Assembly: GCA_964016885.1 (NCBI GenBank)
Contig: OZ024741.1
Location: 35,216,001 to 35,280,000, forward strand
Direction: 5' to 3'
Source: Eledone cirrhosa
Taxonomy: Eukaryota
Length of the DNA: 64,000 bases
Positions 1 to 13,670 of the stretch are shown here, piece by piece. The stretch's first letter is position 1. Each line of letters begins with the position of its first letter. Position numbers and translations under genes: made by a program. The notes under the pieces are model-generated. The model was not told the DNA's origin, did no database searches, and saw only the letters and a program-made list of their open reading frames with translations.

Positions 1-160
1 TTAACGTGGTGATGATGCTAGGCGCTGGAACAACCAAGCACCCTCACGGGCATCACCTGAGATTTCGGTAAGGCAAGCCGACAACGATGACAAGAACTTC
101 CTTGTCAGCGGCCCAGCTCCTCCAAACGCCTCGAACGTCACAGGCTGGAAAACATAGTTT
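1..160 (-). mobile_element. CRE-like (RLE-type non-LTR) retrotransposon 3' fragment, copy 1
   Basis: Minus strand reads YVFQPVTFEAFGGAGPLTRKFLSSLSACLTEISGDAREGAWLFQRL, the C-terminal restriction-like endonuclease region shared with the other three copies. Confidence 0.75.
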
Positions 161-1228
161 GGCAATTTATCCCTGTGTGGTCAAACGGCAGATAAAGTGA
201 AGCTTTCAGAATAATTCACTCATATTATTACTGGAAACGTAAGCCAAGCGGATCCAAAGACCCAGTCTTCGTTGAAGTGATAGTTCGAAACATGCGATCA
301 AAAACAAAATATCCCAGATATAAGTTATTAATACTATTTCAAATAATCAATACATTTAACATACAATTTACGAAGTCAACATGAAGAAATATACTCACTC
401 AATACTCGGTAAGCCTGGCAAAACTTCTGGAAGATAGAATGGATACAAAAAACAGTTAAAGTGTTCAGGTTCAACTGTGTTTACACTTTTTGAACTGGAA
501 CAACAAACTTGTCATTTCTATTTGTAATATTTAGGCTGCGATTTAAATAACTGTAAATTTATCTACAATCGAAGGATTGCATATAACTAGTTTATTAAAG
601 TTATAATTCAATTGAATTCATTAAATCTTTAAAACTTCTCAGTCAACATCAATAAAGGGTGTGTTGGAAAAACATCAAATATGTTCATCCATTAACCACC
701 CATTGACAAAAGTGAGATATTGAATTACACGTATAAAATGTCAGCACTGAATGAATAACAATTTTACATACCTTAATGTTTTAAAAATATAAGTCATACT
801 TCATATAGTGTCCTCATTTGTAATAATAAGAGATAATAATAATATTTGATCGCCAATGGACGCCACTATATTTCTCAACAACTCAAACGAAAGTACTTCA
901 GACTCGTTCAAGTCATGTGACCAGAGATCATAACGGAGTTATTTCCCTTTGTCTTTGGCGCATTCTGCTGTTGTTTAGCCTCGTTTATGTATAACTGGTC
1001 GAACTGACCTGTGATCCCGTGTTATTTTCAGAAATAGATATGTCTAAGACAACATTATCCCGTATATCCTTCTTTGTTTAAGATATTAAGATAGTATGGT
1101 GCGATTTCAGTGAGAATTAGCGGAGATTTCCAGCTTAATGCTAGCAAACTACAGTTTAATAGTGCTACCGCCCCCGAATTCCTTTCTTCATACCCTTCTT
1201 AATGACTTCTAGCATAGGCATAGGGCCA

Positions 1229-1263
<35 letters not shown>

Positions 1264-1382
1264 CATACATACACACACATATATATAGGTAGGTGTACTG
1301 GATTATCATGAACTTAGTACTTGACGGGTACTTTATTTTATCGACCCCAGAACTTTAAATGGTTACAATGAAATACTGCAGT

Positions 1383-1567
1383 AATAATTGTTCTACATTT
1401 GGCACAAGGCCAGCAATTACTCCAGTGTATTACTAGTACTTTATTTTATCGACCCCGTAAGGATGAAAGGCAAAGTTAACCTCGGCGGGATTTGAACTCA
1501 GTCGGTAAAGGGACGTAACTATGCTGGAAAGCATGGCGTCCGACCCTCTACCGATACTGCCAATCCA
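1383..1567 (-). mobile_element. tRNA-like-headed SINE, family A
   Basis: A-box-like TGGCAGTATCGG, B-box-like GAGTTCAAATCC, conserved body CTTTCATCCTTACGGGGTCGATAAAATAAAGTAC; at least five similar copies in the window. Confidence 0.75.
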
Positions 1568-1879
1568 CATAATGCAGCCATTCAACCGCCCTATATACTT
1601 TTCTTAATAATATATACACATTTTTTAATGGAATATTGCAGAGACACGTTTTTGAAGGTGCTGATAAAATCGAAATATATATATATATATATATACATTC
1701 ACTTTCATTTTATTGTCTGGATGTGTATACAGTATAGCTTTATTAATCCTTCAACATGTATAAAAATATAATATAAGTCATTGAACAATAATGATAAAGG
1801 AAAGAAAAAAGAGCTGGGGGGAGGGGGGCAATTCACCACCAAGAGCGACAAACGGCCGCACCCCACATCTTAGGGGTGA

Positions 1880-2965
1880 ACTACACTCTTTGAGGCAGGC
1901 CAACACACTCGCAGCATTGCCACGGGTGATAGCCAGGCTAAGGCGCTGAAATAAGCAGGTACCCACACGGGCATCACATGAGACCTCAGTAAGGCGAGCC
2001 GCTTACAATGACAAAAACTTTGCTGTCAGTGGCCCAACTACACCAATCGCCTCGAATGCCACAGGCAGGAAAAAATAGGTATTTCTGAACTTTATTCTGT
2101 TTGGCAGTGGAAGCGGTGACCCCAACAATCACCGCAGTGTGTGGGAAGGAGCAAAAGAGTCACTGGCTGTGACATCCCAGATGAGACACCTACTTCTCAC
2201 CCAGGGACAAAGGGTAAGACCGTCTGGGCTTTTCTCATCACTTCTGGATAAACCAGCTAGCTCCAATACTGTGGGGATATTTACCCAAGCCAGGACCTGT
2301 TTGATGATTAGGTTTAACTCTGTGTGATGGGCAAAATGACCAGCATTCAGGCAGCAGAACAAACCATGTAAACCTGTGGAACGAAGGGACCTACCACAGA
2401 CGTCGGCTTCCACTCAAAGTGCAATGGAGATACAGAGTTTTCCTGACTCAGAAGGCCACCAATGTTGGCCACAGGCAGGGCATCAATCCAGTCCCCCGAG
2501 AACTTTATGCTTGCAGAAAGTAAGTGGCACCTAGAATATTGATCGGAAAGATCAAAGAAACAGTTGAAAGTTTCCCTCGAACGCAGATTGTCCCATACTC
2601 TCTGCTTCCGTCTATCCTCATCAGTAACTAGAACTGACAAACCTTTCTCTCTCCACTATAGTAAAGCTTCATCCAACTCCCTGGTGGAACTAGTCCAAGT
2701 AGGGAAGGAGAGGATGTCACCCACCAAAGGGGAGCAAGTGTGGATGGAGGAAAGAAAGCAAGGTAGGGACAAAGATGTACACTTACACAGATGGAGACCT
2801 CCAAACCGTTTGGGTAAGGCAGCTTGGTCATGGGATGCTGGAGAGAGTTGGACATTGACCAAACCCTTGAGCTCACTGAATATGAGGTTGTCGGAGCGTT
2901 GGAGAGACGATGAGAATTTGTAAAGACTAACTCTAAGGAAATACAACTTAGGGATTGACAAATAA
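1880..2965 (-). mobile_element. CRE-like retrotransposon, degraded 3' portion, copy 2
   Basis: Frameshifted fragments: SIPKLYFLR, SGDWIDALP, HTELN, KSPDGLTLCPW..CLIWDVT, FQRLSLAITRGNA (RLE PD..D core). Confidence 0.8.
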
Positions 2966-2993
2966 TTCTAAAGAATAAAAACAAAAAAATATA

Positions 2994-3146
2994 TAGTATA
3001 ATTAAAATTTCATACACTTAACATGTATGCACAACAATAGTTTCAGGGTCCAGTTATGCCCACCACTGTATAGTGGAGAAACTGTTTCAATAATAAAAAT
3101 AAAGTTTGCACATAGATGTTAAGTGTATGAAATTTTAATTATACTA
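2994..3146. repeat. Short foldback / MITE-like element with 31-bp inverted repeats
   Basis: 2994-3024 TAGTATAATTAAAATTTCATACACTTAACAT is the exact reverse complement of 3116-3146. Confidence 0.65.
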
Positions 3147-3291
3147 AATAAGCTCTCTTGAGCATTGTTTTCATTGGCTTTTTATCTACGGATATCCTGC
3201 ACGCATGCATATATACACACTTACATACATACGTACAAACACACACACACACGCACATATATATATATATATATATATATAGTAATAGTAG

Positions 3292-3452
3292 TAAATGTGA
3301 AGACTAAAATCCGAAGAGGGCTCGATAAGGATAAATATATATCAAATATATAAAAACCATAGAGCAAATAGTAATTAAAATAACAGATTCAAGTTTAAGC
3401 AAAGAATCGCTGCTTTCACCCTGCCCGCTTCAGATTTTAGTCTTCATATTTA
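3292..3452. repeat. ~30-bp imperfect inverted repeat element between TA-rich flanks
   Basis: TAAATGTGAAGACTAAAATCCGAAGAGGGC (3292-3321) vs reverse complement of 3423-3452 TAAATATGAAGACTAAAATCTGAAGCGGGC. Confidence 0.55.
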
Positions 3453-3689
3453 TTAGATATATATATTGTTATATTTTGGGAGGGTCATGCTGCCAATAAA
3501 AAACACATGCACCTGTTGGTTTTTACTTCAATTTATTATAACCTTCCAGTTGGTTAGTTTAATAACTGGATGGTTTTTTATTGTCAGAGCTCTTTTGTTA
3601 TACATTCTGTGACCTCACTGACTAATTTGATATTTTGTGTCTCTCTTTTGTTCTGTCCTATGCCATCTTGTTTTTGTAAGCTAAGGCCT

Positions 3690-5160
3690 TTTATTTCCAT
3701 GTTGTGCATCCATATCTGAAATATCTTCTCTAATTCTGTCATAGAATTGGCTAAGAGAGTCAGGTTGTCAGCATATAGGAGTTCTCATGGACAACCAGTC
3801 TTAAATTCCTCTACTATAGTCTGTAGGACAATAATAAAGAGAAGGGAGCTCAGGACGAAACCCTGGTGGATTCCCACATGTACACTGAATTCCTTACTGT
3901 ACTCATTGTTGATTTTAACTTTGCTGGTGTGTCCTCCGTACATGGTTTGTACTGCTCTTACAAGCCACTCATCTACCCCTTGTTTTCTGAGGGCCTACCA
4001 GATTATGGGTCAAGGGACTCTGTCAAAAGCTTTTTCTAGGTCCACAAATGCTAAGTAGAGTGGCTTGCTTTCAGCCAGGTACTTTTCCTGCATTTACTTC
4101 ACAAGGAAGAGGGCTTCGGTGGTTCTTTTTCCCAGCACAGAACCAAGCTGCATCTCGTCTGGGCATACGATCTCTAGATGTCCGATGACTCTTTCTGTAT
4201 CTTTCATGACCTGGTCAATCAGTTTGATGCCTCTCTAGATACTTCTATCTAGGGCATCTCCTTTACTGTTATAACAGTTGATGATAATGCTGCTATTCCA
4301 GTCACTGGGAATGACACCATTCTGTATTACTTGGCTTACAACAAGGGTGCCCCACCGTCCCAGGTGCTTTCAACATCTCAGCAACTATTCCTGATGGTCC
4401 GGCTGCTTTAGCCATCTTCATGTTCTTAATTGCCTTACACACTAGGATGCTGCTTACTCATACAGCTGAACCTTCTGTTGGGTGCACTTGGGGTAGGCTG
4501 TTTACCTCCCATGCATTTTCCTCTCATAGTAGCATTTCCATGCAACTTTGTTTTCAGTGTCAGTGAGGACAAATGTACCGTTGTTGTTACCAACGCATTT
4601 CTCCCCAATAACATCATGGTTTTCCTTGACACAATGCCTTTTAATCCTGAACACCTCTCATTTTTGGTATTCACATTCTAAGACATGCTTAAACTTTTCA
4701 TTTTCTGCTTCACTCCTTGACAGGTATACTTGCCATCTAGCCTCTCTCCTAGCTTCTTTGAAGGGATGCTTGCTACATCAGTTATTCCATGCCTGTCGTT
4801 TGGCTTTAATTGCCACGTCTACCTTGCTATTCTACCCCTAGGTGGCCTTGTTCCATCTGCAGATCTCATTTGTCACTTTCAGTCGGTTATCTATCAGGAA
4901 CCCCCCACTGTTCATCTATATTGTATGTTTTTATTTCTTTTTCCATGCTTTCAAAAGCATCATGTAAGAGTCTCCAGAATTTGTTATGAGCTGGGGGCTC
5001 CTTCTGTTTCTATATCCTTCTCCTCTAGGCTGACTTCTGACTCCAGGTCTGCCTGGTTCTTATTCTAAAGATGCTGACTACCAGGTTAAGTTGAGAGATG
5101 CAATCCTCATCCGTGATGCTTTTTGTGTTTATGACTCTTGCTCTGTCTTGTCTTCTGGTG
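3690..5160 (-). mobile_element. RTE-clade LINE fragment (end of APE, linker, RT), degraded
   Basis: Minus-strand motifs KAAGPSGIVAEML, YLAFVDLEKAFDRVP, IHQGFVLSSLLF, LLYADNL with stops and frameshifts. Confidence 0.8.
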
Positions 5161-5829
5161 AGGATATATATATATATATATATATATTGTTGTAGAGATG
5201 ACATCATGTAGAAAACAAATCTATAACATTATTCTGATTAATATTATTCATTATCAACATAAAATTTGAAGGCAGAATGAAAACATTTTCGAGTTTATAT
5301 TTAACCTACTACAAACACAAATCGAAAGTATTCAGTAAATTTCATTCAAGAAATATGCATTATTAAAAAGGTTTAGAGGAAACAAATGTGAGATTTGGCT
5401 GCTATTTCCAGCAGGTCAAACGACCCCTTAGAGCCTTTGCTCTTTGGTTTGCAACACATTTATCAGACATGGTGGATCTGTTTGTTTTTAGTGTTTACAA
5501 AAAGCTGAACTTGCCTTTCCTATGTGTATTTCAGTTTCCTTGTCTAACTTTGCATCACTAGTAACAGTAACTCCATGCTTTGTAAAACTAATGACTGTCT
5601 TCAGAGTTTTGCCTTCAATATAAATCCGTGCAAAGCTTTCAGACTATTTCCTGGCCTCGGTTGAAACACGAGTTCAAATTACTTTATGCTTTTGTTAGCC
5701 CAAAAGCTCTAAATGCTGAAGCAAACTTATTAACAATGAACTGCATGTCTTGTAGGGAGTGTGCAAGAAATGCAGTCATCTGCAAAGAACAAATTGTGTT
5801 TTGATATTCTATTCTAGTTCTTGCTTTGA

Positions 5830-6320
5830 AACATTGCTAAATGACGATGCTTCCTGTAGTTTGGTATTCCAATAAGACACATTCAGTAATGTCTGAGAAA
5901 GCACATTGAAGCATTACTAAGAATAAGGCAAAGAGCACAGGAGCCAATATACATCTTTGTTTTGTACCATTTTTCACATCAAATGACTGTCATTGTTCAC
6001 TGTTAGAGTATACAAAGGCTTTTATGCCTTTATGTAAGGATATAATGACCTTGAGCATTTGCTCAGGAATGCCTAAATTTCTCCGAACCTTCCATAATGC
6101 CTTGTGTAATACAATGTCAAAGGTTTTTGTGATATCGACAAAGACTACATACAAGTCCTTGTCATGCTCTTGAGCCTTTTACTATACCTGCCACAATCTG
6201 AAAATCATATCTACAGTCCCACAGACTGACCTAAAGCCACATTGTCTTTTCAGGGTAAATGTTAGGCATCAATTTTTCATTGATTCTAGTCAGCATGGCT
6301 CGCACAAGGATTTTTATGTC
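5830..6320 (-). mobile_element. RTE/BovB-like LINE RT fragment, heavily degraded
   Basis: DMIF..QV*EKAQEH, VFVDITKTFD, GTKQRCILAPVLF motifs. Confidence 0.65.
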
Positions 6321-6917
6321 AGTTCTCTCTCTCTCAAGCACTACTGGTAACATTGCAGCCAGCTTGTGGCTGTCTAAACTGACAACCCCACCAAGTTTGC
6401 TTGGTGAAGGTGATCTTTGACATCCTGTGGGAGGAAAAACAAAACCCATCAAAGGCTGGAGGAACTCGTCAGAGTCAATGGCCACCCACGACTGTATATC
6501 TGTATATAAATGTGTGACTGCGACTGAGTGCTTATATTTATTTTTATTTTTTTATATTTTTTTTACCTTTTAACTCTTTTACCATTTTAACTTGAAAACT
6601 TTTTTTTCATCTTTTAACTTTTGGGGTGGGGTGGGAGGGGGACTCCTAGCCTTTTCATGTGGCATTGCCAGGTGAAGGTGCGAGGCCAGGTCCTGGTACC
6701 TTCAAACCAGTGCTTGAACAAGCCAACTATCAATTAATCTGTGACCTAGTCTGTATCTGACAACTGGCACACAGTGCACCAGTATAGTAAATACCTCCAG
6801 GTGGAATGAGTGGATCCTGCCCTGCACGAGTAAAATCTACTATAATTAAATTCACAGTGTAAGTCATTCAATAGAATACATATATACACACACACACACA
6901 CATATATATACATATAC

Positions 6918-9626
6918 ACATCATTTAACGTCCACTTTCCCTGTTAGCAAGGGTTGAACGAGTCTACATAGACCAAATCAGTACTGAAGTGGGGCTACTG
7001 ACTACCTAGACAAGTGAAAGGATCTGTATCCTGCTTGTGTACAGTCATATTGAGTGCAAAGGGGCAGTTGTGTCTTTTGAGACAAACTGAAGGTGTCTCT
7101 TTCTACAGCTGGATGCCCTTCCTAACACCAACCACTTTACTGTGTGTACTGGGTACTTTTATTGTGTAGACCATCAGCACTAGGAAGGCTGCCATGTCCT
7201 TGACACAACTAAAGTGTCTTCCCATCCCTTTTAAGCATAGTTTCTACAGTGGGGTGCCCTTCCTGTCACCAACCACCCTTATGGAGTGTACTAGATGCAT
7301 TTTCATGGTACCATCACTAAAGATGTTGTTGGTCATAGACCCAACTGTAGAGCCCTCTCAGTTCTGGTAAGGGCTGCAATTGGGAGGGAGATAGGTATGA
7401 AGTTCTGTGTGTGGGAGGACTTGGCAGGAGAGTAAGTAAAGGGCAGAGGCAATTTATTAGTGTATAGGGATGTGCTCAATATGGTGGAGAGATAGGTAGA
7501 AGGTAAGGTATGAGTAAGTGGTAGGGGTAGCTGATGGGTGTATGGATAGAGGGAATGTACTCTATAGAAAGGGGGATCATGAAGAGATAGGTAGTGGGTA
7601 GAGAGTAGCTACTAGGGTGCAATGGTGAGGATATCTAAGGAGTGTGTGTGTGTGTGGGGGGGGGGGGTGTAATAGTTAAAAAGTCGTTCTGGAGGAGGCA
7701 TGGGTGGTGGGTGCAGTAGTGGTGAGACGTGCTGGGGAAGGGGTTCATGGCTGGGTCAGGTCATATTGTATGCTTCTGGCTGGGTCTTCATCATCACAGC
7801 ATAGTGCCATCCCTCTTGGTCCTTTGTCATCTCAGTTATCAGGCTTAGTTTCTTAAGATCACTCTTCATTACCCCCATCCCAAGCCTTCCTGGGTCTGCC
7901 TTTTCCTTGGGTTCCAACCACTGGGATTGCTTTGCTTTTCTTTATGCAGTATCTATCTTCCATACACATCTCATGTCCATACCAGCATAATCTTCTCTCT
8001 TGTTCATTACATCCAATTCCTTTTATGCCAAGTTTTCCACTCGGTTCACTTATACATTACACATCCAATGGACCATACTCATTTCATTTCTCTCCAGCCT
8101 TTACAGGTCTTCTATGGTTAAGGCCCATGTTTCACTGTAGCATTGCAGTTCACATCTCCTCTGTGCAGCATCATACAGTCTACCCTTCACTCGTCATCTC
8201 CTGTTAGTCTCTGTGATTTGAGGTCAGCTCTCACAACCTCTACCCGGGTCTTTCTTGGTCTACCTGTATGGTGGCTTCCATCCACTGGCACTTCTTCACC
8301 CAACGATCATTGTCCATACCAATGCAGTCTTCTCTCCTGCACACCACTGTGGATTCCTCTTAAACCCAACTTCCAAGCTCTGCCTTTCTCTCATACTTAC
8401 ATTGCACATCCAATGGAACATGGTTGCTTCATTTCTCTCCAGTCTAGCATGACTTCTGCAGTCATTGCTCATGTTTCACTACCATTTAGCACCCAGGTGT
8501 CATGCAGTCGTCCTTTTAACCTTTTGTTGTCAGCAGTGGGTGTAGCTATTTAAATTTTTTCAATCCTGTTCTTATTCTTGCTATTATGCTCTCAGAGCAC
8601 TCTCCTCTGCTGCTAATTATGTCCCCTAGATAGCAGAAGCTATCAACTACTTCTATGGGTCTTACCTGTGACTGCAATAGGTTTATATCACTGGCTCTCT
8701 CCACCTTGGTATCTACATACAAAGTCTTCCCTTCCAGTTAGTCTACCTGTTATCCCACATCTCTTGTGTAGCTAAGATTTATATTGTATACATTATATGG
8801 GGTTTATGCATACTCCTTTTCTACATATTGAACAGGGCCACTTCCCTGAAGGAATCAGGGTCCTATTTTCTTTCCTACTCACTAGCATTTTAGTTTTAGC
8901 CAAGTTTACTCTCAGACCTTTTCCAAAGTCTATTTCCATAGTCAGAACTTATTTTCTAGTTCTTTAATTGATTCGGCTATAAGGACCAGATCATTTGCAT
9001 AGAGAAGTTCCCATGGGCAGCCAGTTTTAAACTCCTCTGTTATAGCCTGGAGAACTATAATGAATGGTTGTGGGCTAAGAACCAAACCCTGATGAACTTG
9101 TACCTTGAATTCCTCACTATTCTAACAGCTCCTCTGTACATGGCTTGCACTGCTCTCTCCAACCATTCTTCTATAATTTCCTTAAGGACCACCAGATAAT
9201 AGATCAAGGTACTCTGTGAAACGTCTTATCTAGATCAACAAATGCTAGGTATAGTGGCTCATTTTTGGCTAGGAACTTCTCTTGTAGTTGTCTCACTAGG
9301 AAGAGGGCATCTGAAGTACTTTTCCCAGACATGAAACCAAACTGCATCTCATCTAATTTGACTCTTTCTCTAATTAGCTGCACTATAACTCTTTCCATCA
9401 CTTTCATAACTTGGTCCATTAGTTTTATTCCTCTATAGTTGCTCCTCTCTAGAGCATCACCTTTGCCCTTGTAGCAGTTTATGATTGTACTACTGCACCA
9501 GTCATTGTGTATGACTCTGTCATGATTATTTGAGTGACTATGCAGGTTACTAGTTTGACTCTTATCTCTCCCAATGTTTTTAGCATCTCAGCAACTATTT
9601 CTGATGGTCCTACAGCTTTACCACTT
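6918..9626 (-). mobile_element. RTE LINE, older copy, 3' part (continues at 11322-11965)
   Basis: GKAVGPSEIVAEML, MQFGFMSGKSTSDALF, AFVDLDKTFHRVP, ELLYANDL; 3' end GGACGTTAAATGATG. Confidence 0.75.
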
Positions 9627-11321
9627 ATCATCATCATCACCGTTTTACGTCCGTTCTTCCACGCTAGCATGGGTTAGACGGGTTGTCCTGTTGTAGGCAG
9701 TGTCTGGTCGGCTGACCATGCCTTGCTCATACAGGAACTGATTCTGGCTTGATTTCTACAGCTGGATGCCCTTCCTAACACCAACCTCATTTACAGTGAG
9801 TGCTGGGTGCTTTTTCGTGGCGCCTACACGTCCACTTTACAGTGTGGGCTGGGTGCTTTTTTGCCGTGGCACCTCCACGACCACCTTGCGGTGGGGTGGG
9901 GTGGGGGGGGGGGCATATTGTCTATATGCTTCAGCTTGTACCCATGGGAGGTCGGGTACTCTGTATTACTGCGTGACGCCAGAGGTCACGGTCATCGCCT
10001 TTGAGAGGTGTAATTGGGTAAGGTCGGCTTTTATCACCTCATCCCAGGTCATCTTGGGTCTCCCCACTCCGCTGTTTCCATCGACTTCTAGTGCTCTGCA
10101 CCTTTTTATGCAGCTGTCGTCCTTCATACGCATCACATGTCCATACCAGCACAACCGCCTCTCCTGCACACAGCATTTGATTCCTCTTATGCTCAGTCTC
10201 TCTCTCAATTCATTTATGCTTTGTCGTTCGCGTATATTACTGTTACACATCCATCAGAGCATGCAGGCTTCGTTTCTCTCTAATCTACGTAAGTCTTCCA
10301 CCTTCAGCGCCCAGGTCTCACTAACATGCAACATCGCTGTTCGGATACACGCATCATAGTCTGCCTTTCATTTTGAGGGAGAAGCCTTTTGCAGCTAGCA
10401 GTGGTAGTAGTTCCCTGAACTTCTTCCATCCCGTTCTTACCCTAGTTATTGTACTTTCTGAACACCCACCTCCGCTGCTAATTCGGTCACCTAGGTAGCA
10501 GAAGCTGTCTACTGTTTCTACAGAGTCCTCCCAGAGATTGGTGGTACTTGTTTCCTGTGGCCGTTTGCTGCTTGCTGTCCCAGCACAGCTGCTGCATGTG
10601 AATCCTACATTCTTAATTAAGCTTCCTGAGATCCCGCTACATCTCTTGTGTACCCATTGTTTGCATTTGGGGCAGAGAATGGAGTTCCTACCTACACCTT
10701 TCCTACATACTGAGCAAGGCCATTTCCCTGAGGGGATCTGGGTTCTGTTTTCTCATCTATTTACAAGGACCTTAGTCTTTGTCATGTTGACTTTGAGACC
10801 CTTTCTTTCTAGTCCCTGCTTCCAAGTTTGGAATTTCTTCTCTAGTTCTACCATAGATTCAGCTATAAGTGCGAGGTCATCAGCATACAGGAGTTTCCAT
10901 GGGCATCCGGTCTTAAACTCCTCCGTTATTGCCTGCAGGACTATGATGAACAGGAGGGGGCTAAGAACAGAACCCTGGTGGACCCCAACCTGTACGCTAA
11001 ATTCCTCGCTATACTCATTGCTAATCCTAACTTTGCTGACTGCTCCCCTATACATGGCTTGTACCGCTTTCACAAGCCATTCATCTACTCCTAGTTTTCT
11101 AAGAGCCCACCAGATTACAGCACGTGGAACTCTGTCAAAGGCTTTCTCAAGGTCGACAAATGCCAGGTAGAGTGGCTTACTTTTAGCTAGGTACTTTTCC
11201 TGTAACTGCCTGACAAGGAAGAGGGCATCAGTGGTGCCACTTCCTGGTACAAACCCAAATTGCATCTCGTCTAGTTTCACCCGGTCCCTAATCAACTGTG
11301 CTATAACTCTTTCTGTTACCA
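9627..11321 (-). mobile_element. RTE LINE, younger 5'-truncated copy nested in the older copy
   Basis: ORF 10753-11322 with AFVDLEKAFDRVP, GVHQGSVLSPLLF, LLYADDL; RRLCWYGHVMR..GRPKMTW; (GAT)n tail at 9627-9639. Confidence 0.9.
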
Positions 11322-11965
11322 TTCATCTCCTTAATTGCCTTTTTCACCCTATAACTGTCAACTTCAATGGCTGGCCCTTCTATTGTGTGGGTTGGGGTAG
11401 TTTCTCTTCCTCCCATTCTGTACATTCATCAGTCTCTCATAGTAACATTTCCAGGCCTCCCTCTTTTGAGCATCAGTGGTGCTAAGTGCACCAGAGTCAT
11501 TTCTAACACATTTTTCTTCAACAACATCACAATTTTCACTGACACACTACCTTTTATGTGGAACACTTTGCATCTCTGATCCTCTCGTCTCAGAATGTTG
11601 GCAAACTTTCTTTCTTCAGCCTGTCTCCGAGCTGTGTATACCTATCATCTAGCCTCTGTCTTAGCTACCTGGTACTGGTCTCTGCTACCTCCCTTTTTAA
11701 CCAGTCTTTCCAAGCCTGTCTCTTGGCTTTAATGGTTCTATCCATTGAGCTGTTCCACCACCAGGTCACCTTCTTTCTGGCTGGTGCTCTCAAGTCTCAT
11801 CAGTAGTTTACAAAAGGTTTGTCATGCAAGAATTTCCAATTACCCTCTACATCACAGGTATCTAGCTCATCACTTTTTTCATCAAATGCATCTTGTAGGG
11901 CCTTGCTAAACCTATATTTATCTGAAAGGTCCTTTAGCTTCTAAACTCTCTGTTTCCATATTTTC
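11322..11965 (-). mobile_element. RTE LINE, older copy, 5' part
   Basis: KVTWWWNSSMDRTIKAKRQAWKDW linker; ends VKKAIKEM, which rejoins KSGKAVGPS at 9626 in frame. Confidence 0.75.
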
Positions 11966-12879
11966 CTGCGTATCTTGTGCTTATTTTGATGTCACTAATA
12001 ACAATATATATATATGTATTTCGGAAAATAGACGTTAAACAATGATGATGATTTATTGTATACACGTGTTTTATTTGAAATCAAATAAAAACCTGTTATA
12101 TTTGGAAGATGGCACTATTGTTGCCCGCTAAAGCAAAGTAAACAAACATTTGAGAAACTTGTGGAAACTTGATGAAATGGTAAAAAATTATTATATGATC
12201 GAGTTGTGAAACAAAAACGACACTTAAAAACACTTTGGATATCAAAATACTAAAACTTCATAAAATATTCTTCACTCGTGGGAATTCACAAAACTGAGCC
12301 ATCTAAATGTGTTGATTAGTGACTTAAATATGAGTATATACAGTAAGTCTTTGGAAATAGGTTTGTTGCATCCTGTATCACATCATGGAGAAGGAAACCT
12401 GAAATAAAGAAGGAAAATTTCGATTAGAAATCTAGTTTTTTCTCATTGAACCCTATATACATCTCAGGGACATGGCTTTCACTTTGAAAATCAGATGGAT
12501 GCTTCAGTTCTGGTTAAGTGATGGCCTTCTGCAGGGTTTTGAAGGGGGCTTACAGTGATTTAAGGGGTCAATATGAACAATGAAACCCATTCTGGCACTG
12601 CCCTAGTATAATGACTGAAACAAGTAAAAGAATAAAAGAGCGAATGAATAGGAAAGGCACTGCTTTCAACTTTTAGTATTTTAATTCATACTGCCACAAT
12701 ATAATGCACCAAGTACACGCTGTAAAGTGGTAATACTGATGCCACAATAATATGCTCCCTAATACACTCTGTAAAGGGGGTTGGCATTAGGAAGGGCATT
12801 CAGCTATAAAAACCAAGCTAGCATGGAAGATAGACGTTAAACGATGATGATGATGTTTCTAGCATGGAAGCTGCATGTA

Positions 12880-13135
12880 TGGTGGCTTTAATTTGATGGC
12901 CATTTCGAAGTAAACTCTGAGGAAAATTCTTCACTTGAGTCCAGCAGGAACACTTAGGCAGCCTTATCTAAGGACAGCACTCCCTACACAGATTTGGGAG
13001 GGAATAAAAATAAAATGTATACTAAAGAAAGTCTGTTCCATTTTGTACGTGATTAGAAGACTAAAAAAATTCTCTAAACAAACAAAAAAAAAATTGTTTC
13101 TTGGTTCCTGGAATGTTCAGACTCTCATGGATGGT
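12880..13135 (+). mobile_element. RTE/BovB-like LINE 5' end fragment
   Basis: LFLGSWNVQTLMD resembles the first APE endonuclease motif (TWNV). Confidence 0.5.
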
Positions 13136-13399
13136 TCTGTTAAACACCCAGACGCTCTTCTTGGCATCAACCATTTCAGTAGTCTCTTATGACCCATAGT
13201 CTACAAACAAGTATATACCAACCAAAGCAATATACAATGAAACAAAACTACAAACCTTAATTTGGAAACATGTGTGCGAAATATAAATGCCACTTCAAAA
13301 ACGATTTTGAGATTCTCTGATGTTCAGTTTTATCAGACCTACAAAAATAATTAGAAACATATTTATAAAACTTTATAAAATAAAATTAACATTTTTCAA

Positions 13400-13670
13400 A
13401 TACAGAGAGAAAAGTAGAGCTTGGATGAACTGAGGGAGAAACTGGGTTTAAGAGGAATACAGAGTGGTGTGCATGAGAGAAGACTGCATTGGTAAGGACA
13501 TGTGTTGTGCATGGATGATGATTGTTGGGTGAAGAAGTGCCAGAAAATTCCAGTGGAAAGAAACCATAGTAGAGGTAGACCAAGAAAGGGCTGAGGTGGT
13601 GAGAGCTGATCTCAAGCTGCCAAGACTCACAGAGGAGATGATGAAGGAACATGGCATGTGGTCAGAGCTC
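13400..13670 (+). mobile_element. RTE LINE ORF C-terminal fragment
   Basis: LREKLGLRGI..ERRLHW*GHVL..CWVKKC..RGRPRK. Confidence 0.7.

Noticed and set aside
10538-11170. 210-aa plus-strand ORF and similar antisense ORFs over LINEs
   Set aside because: Antisense shadows of RT coding sequence.
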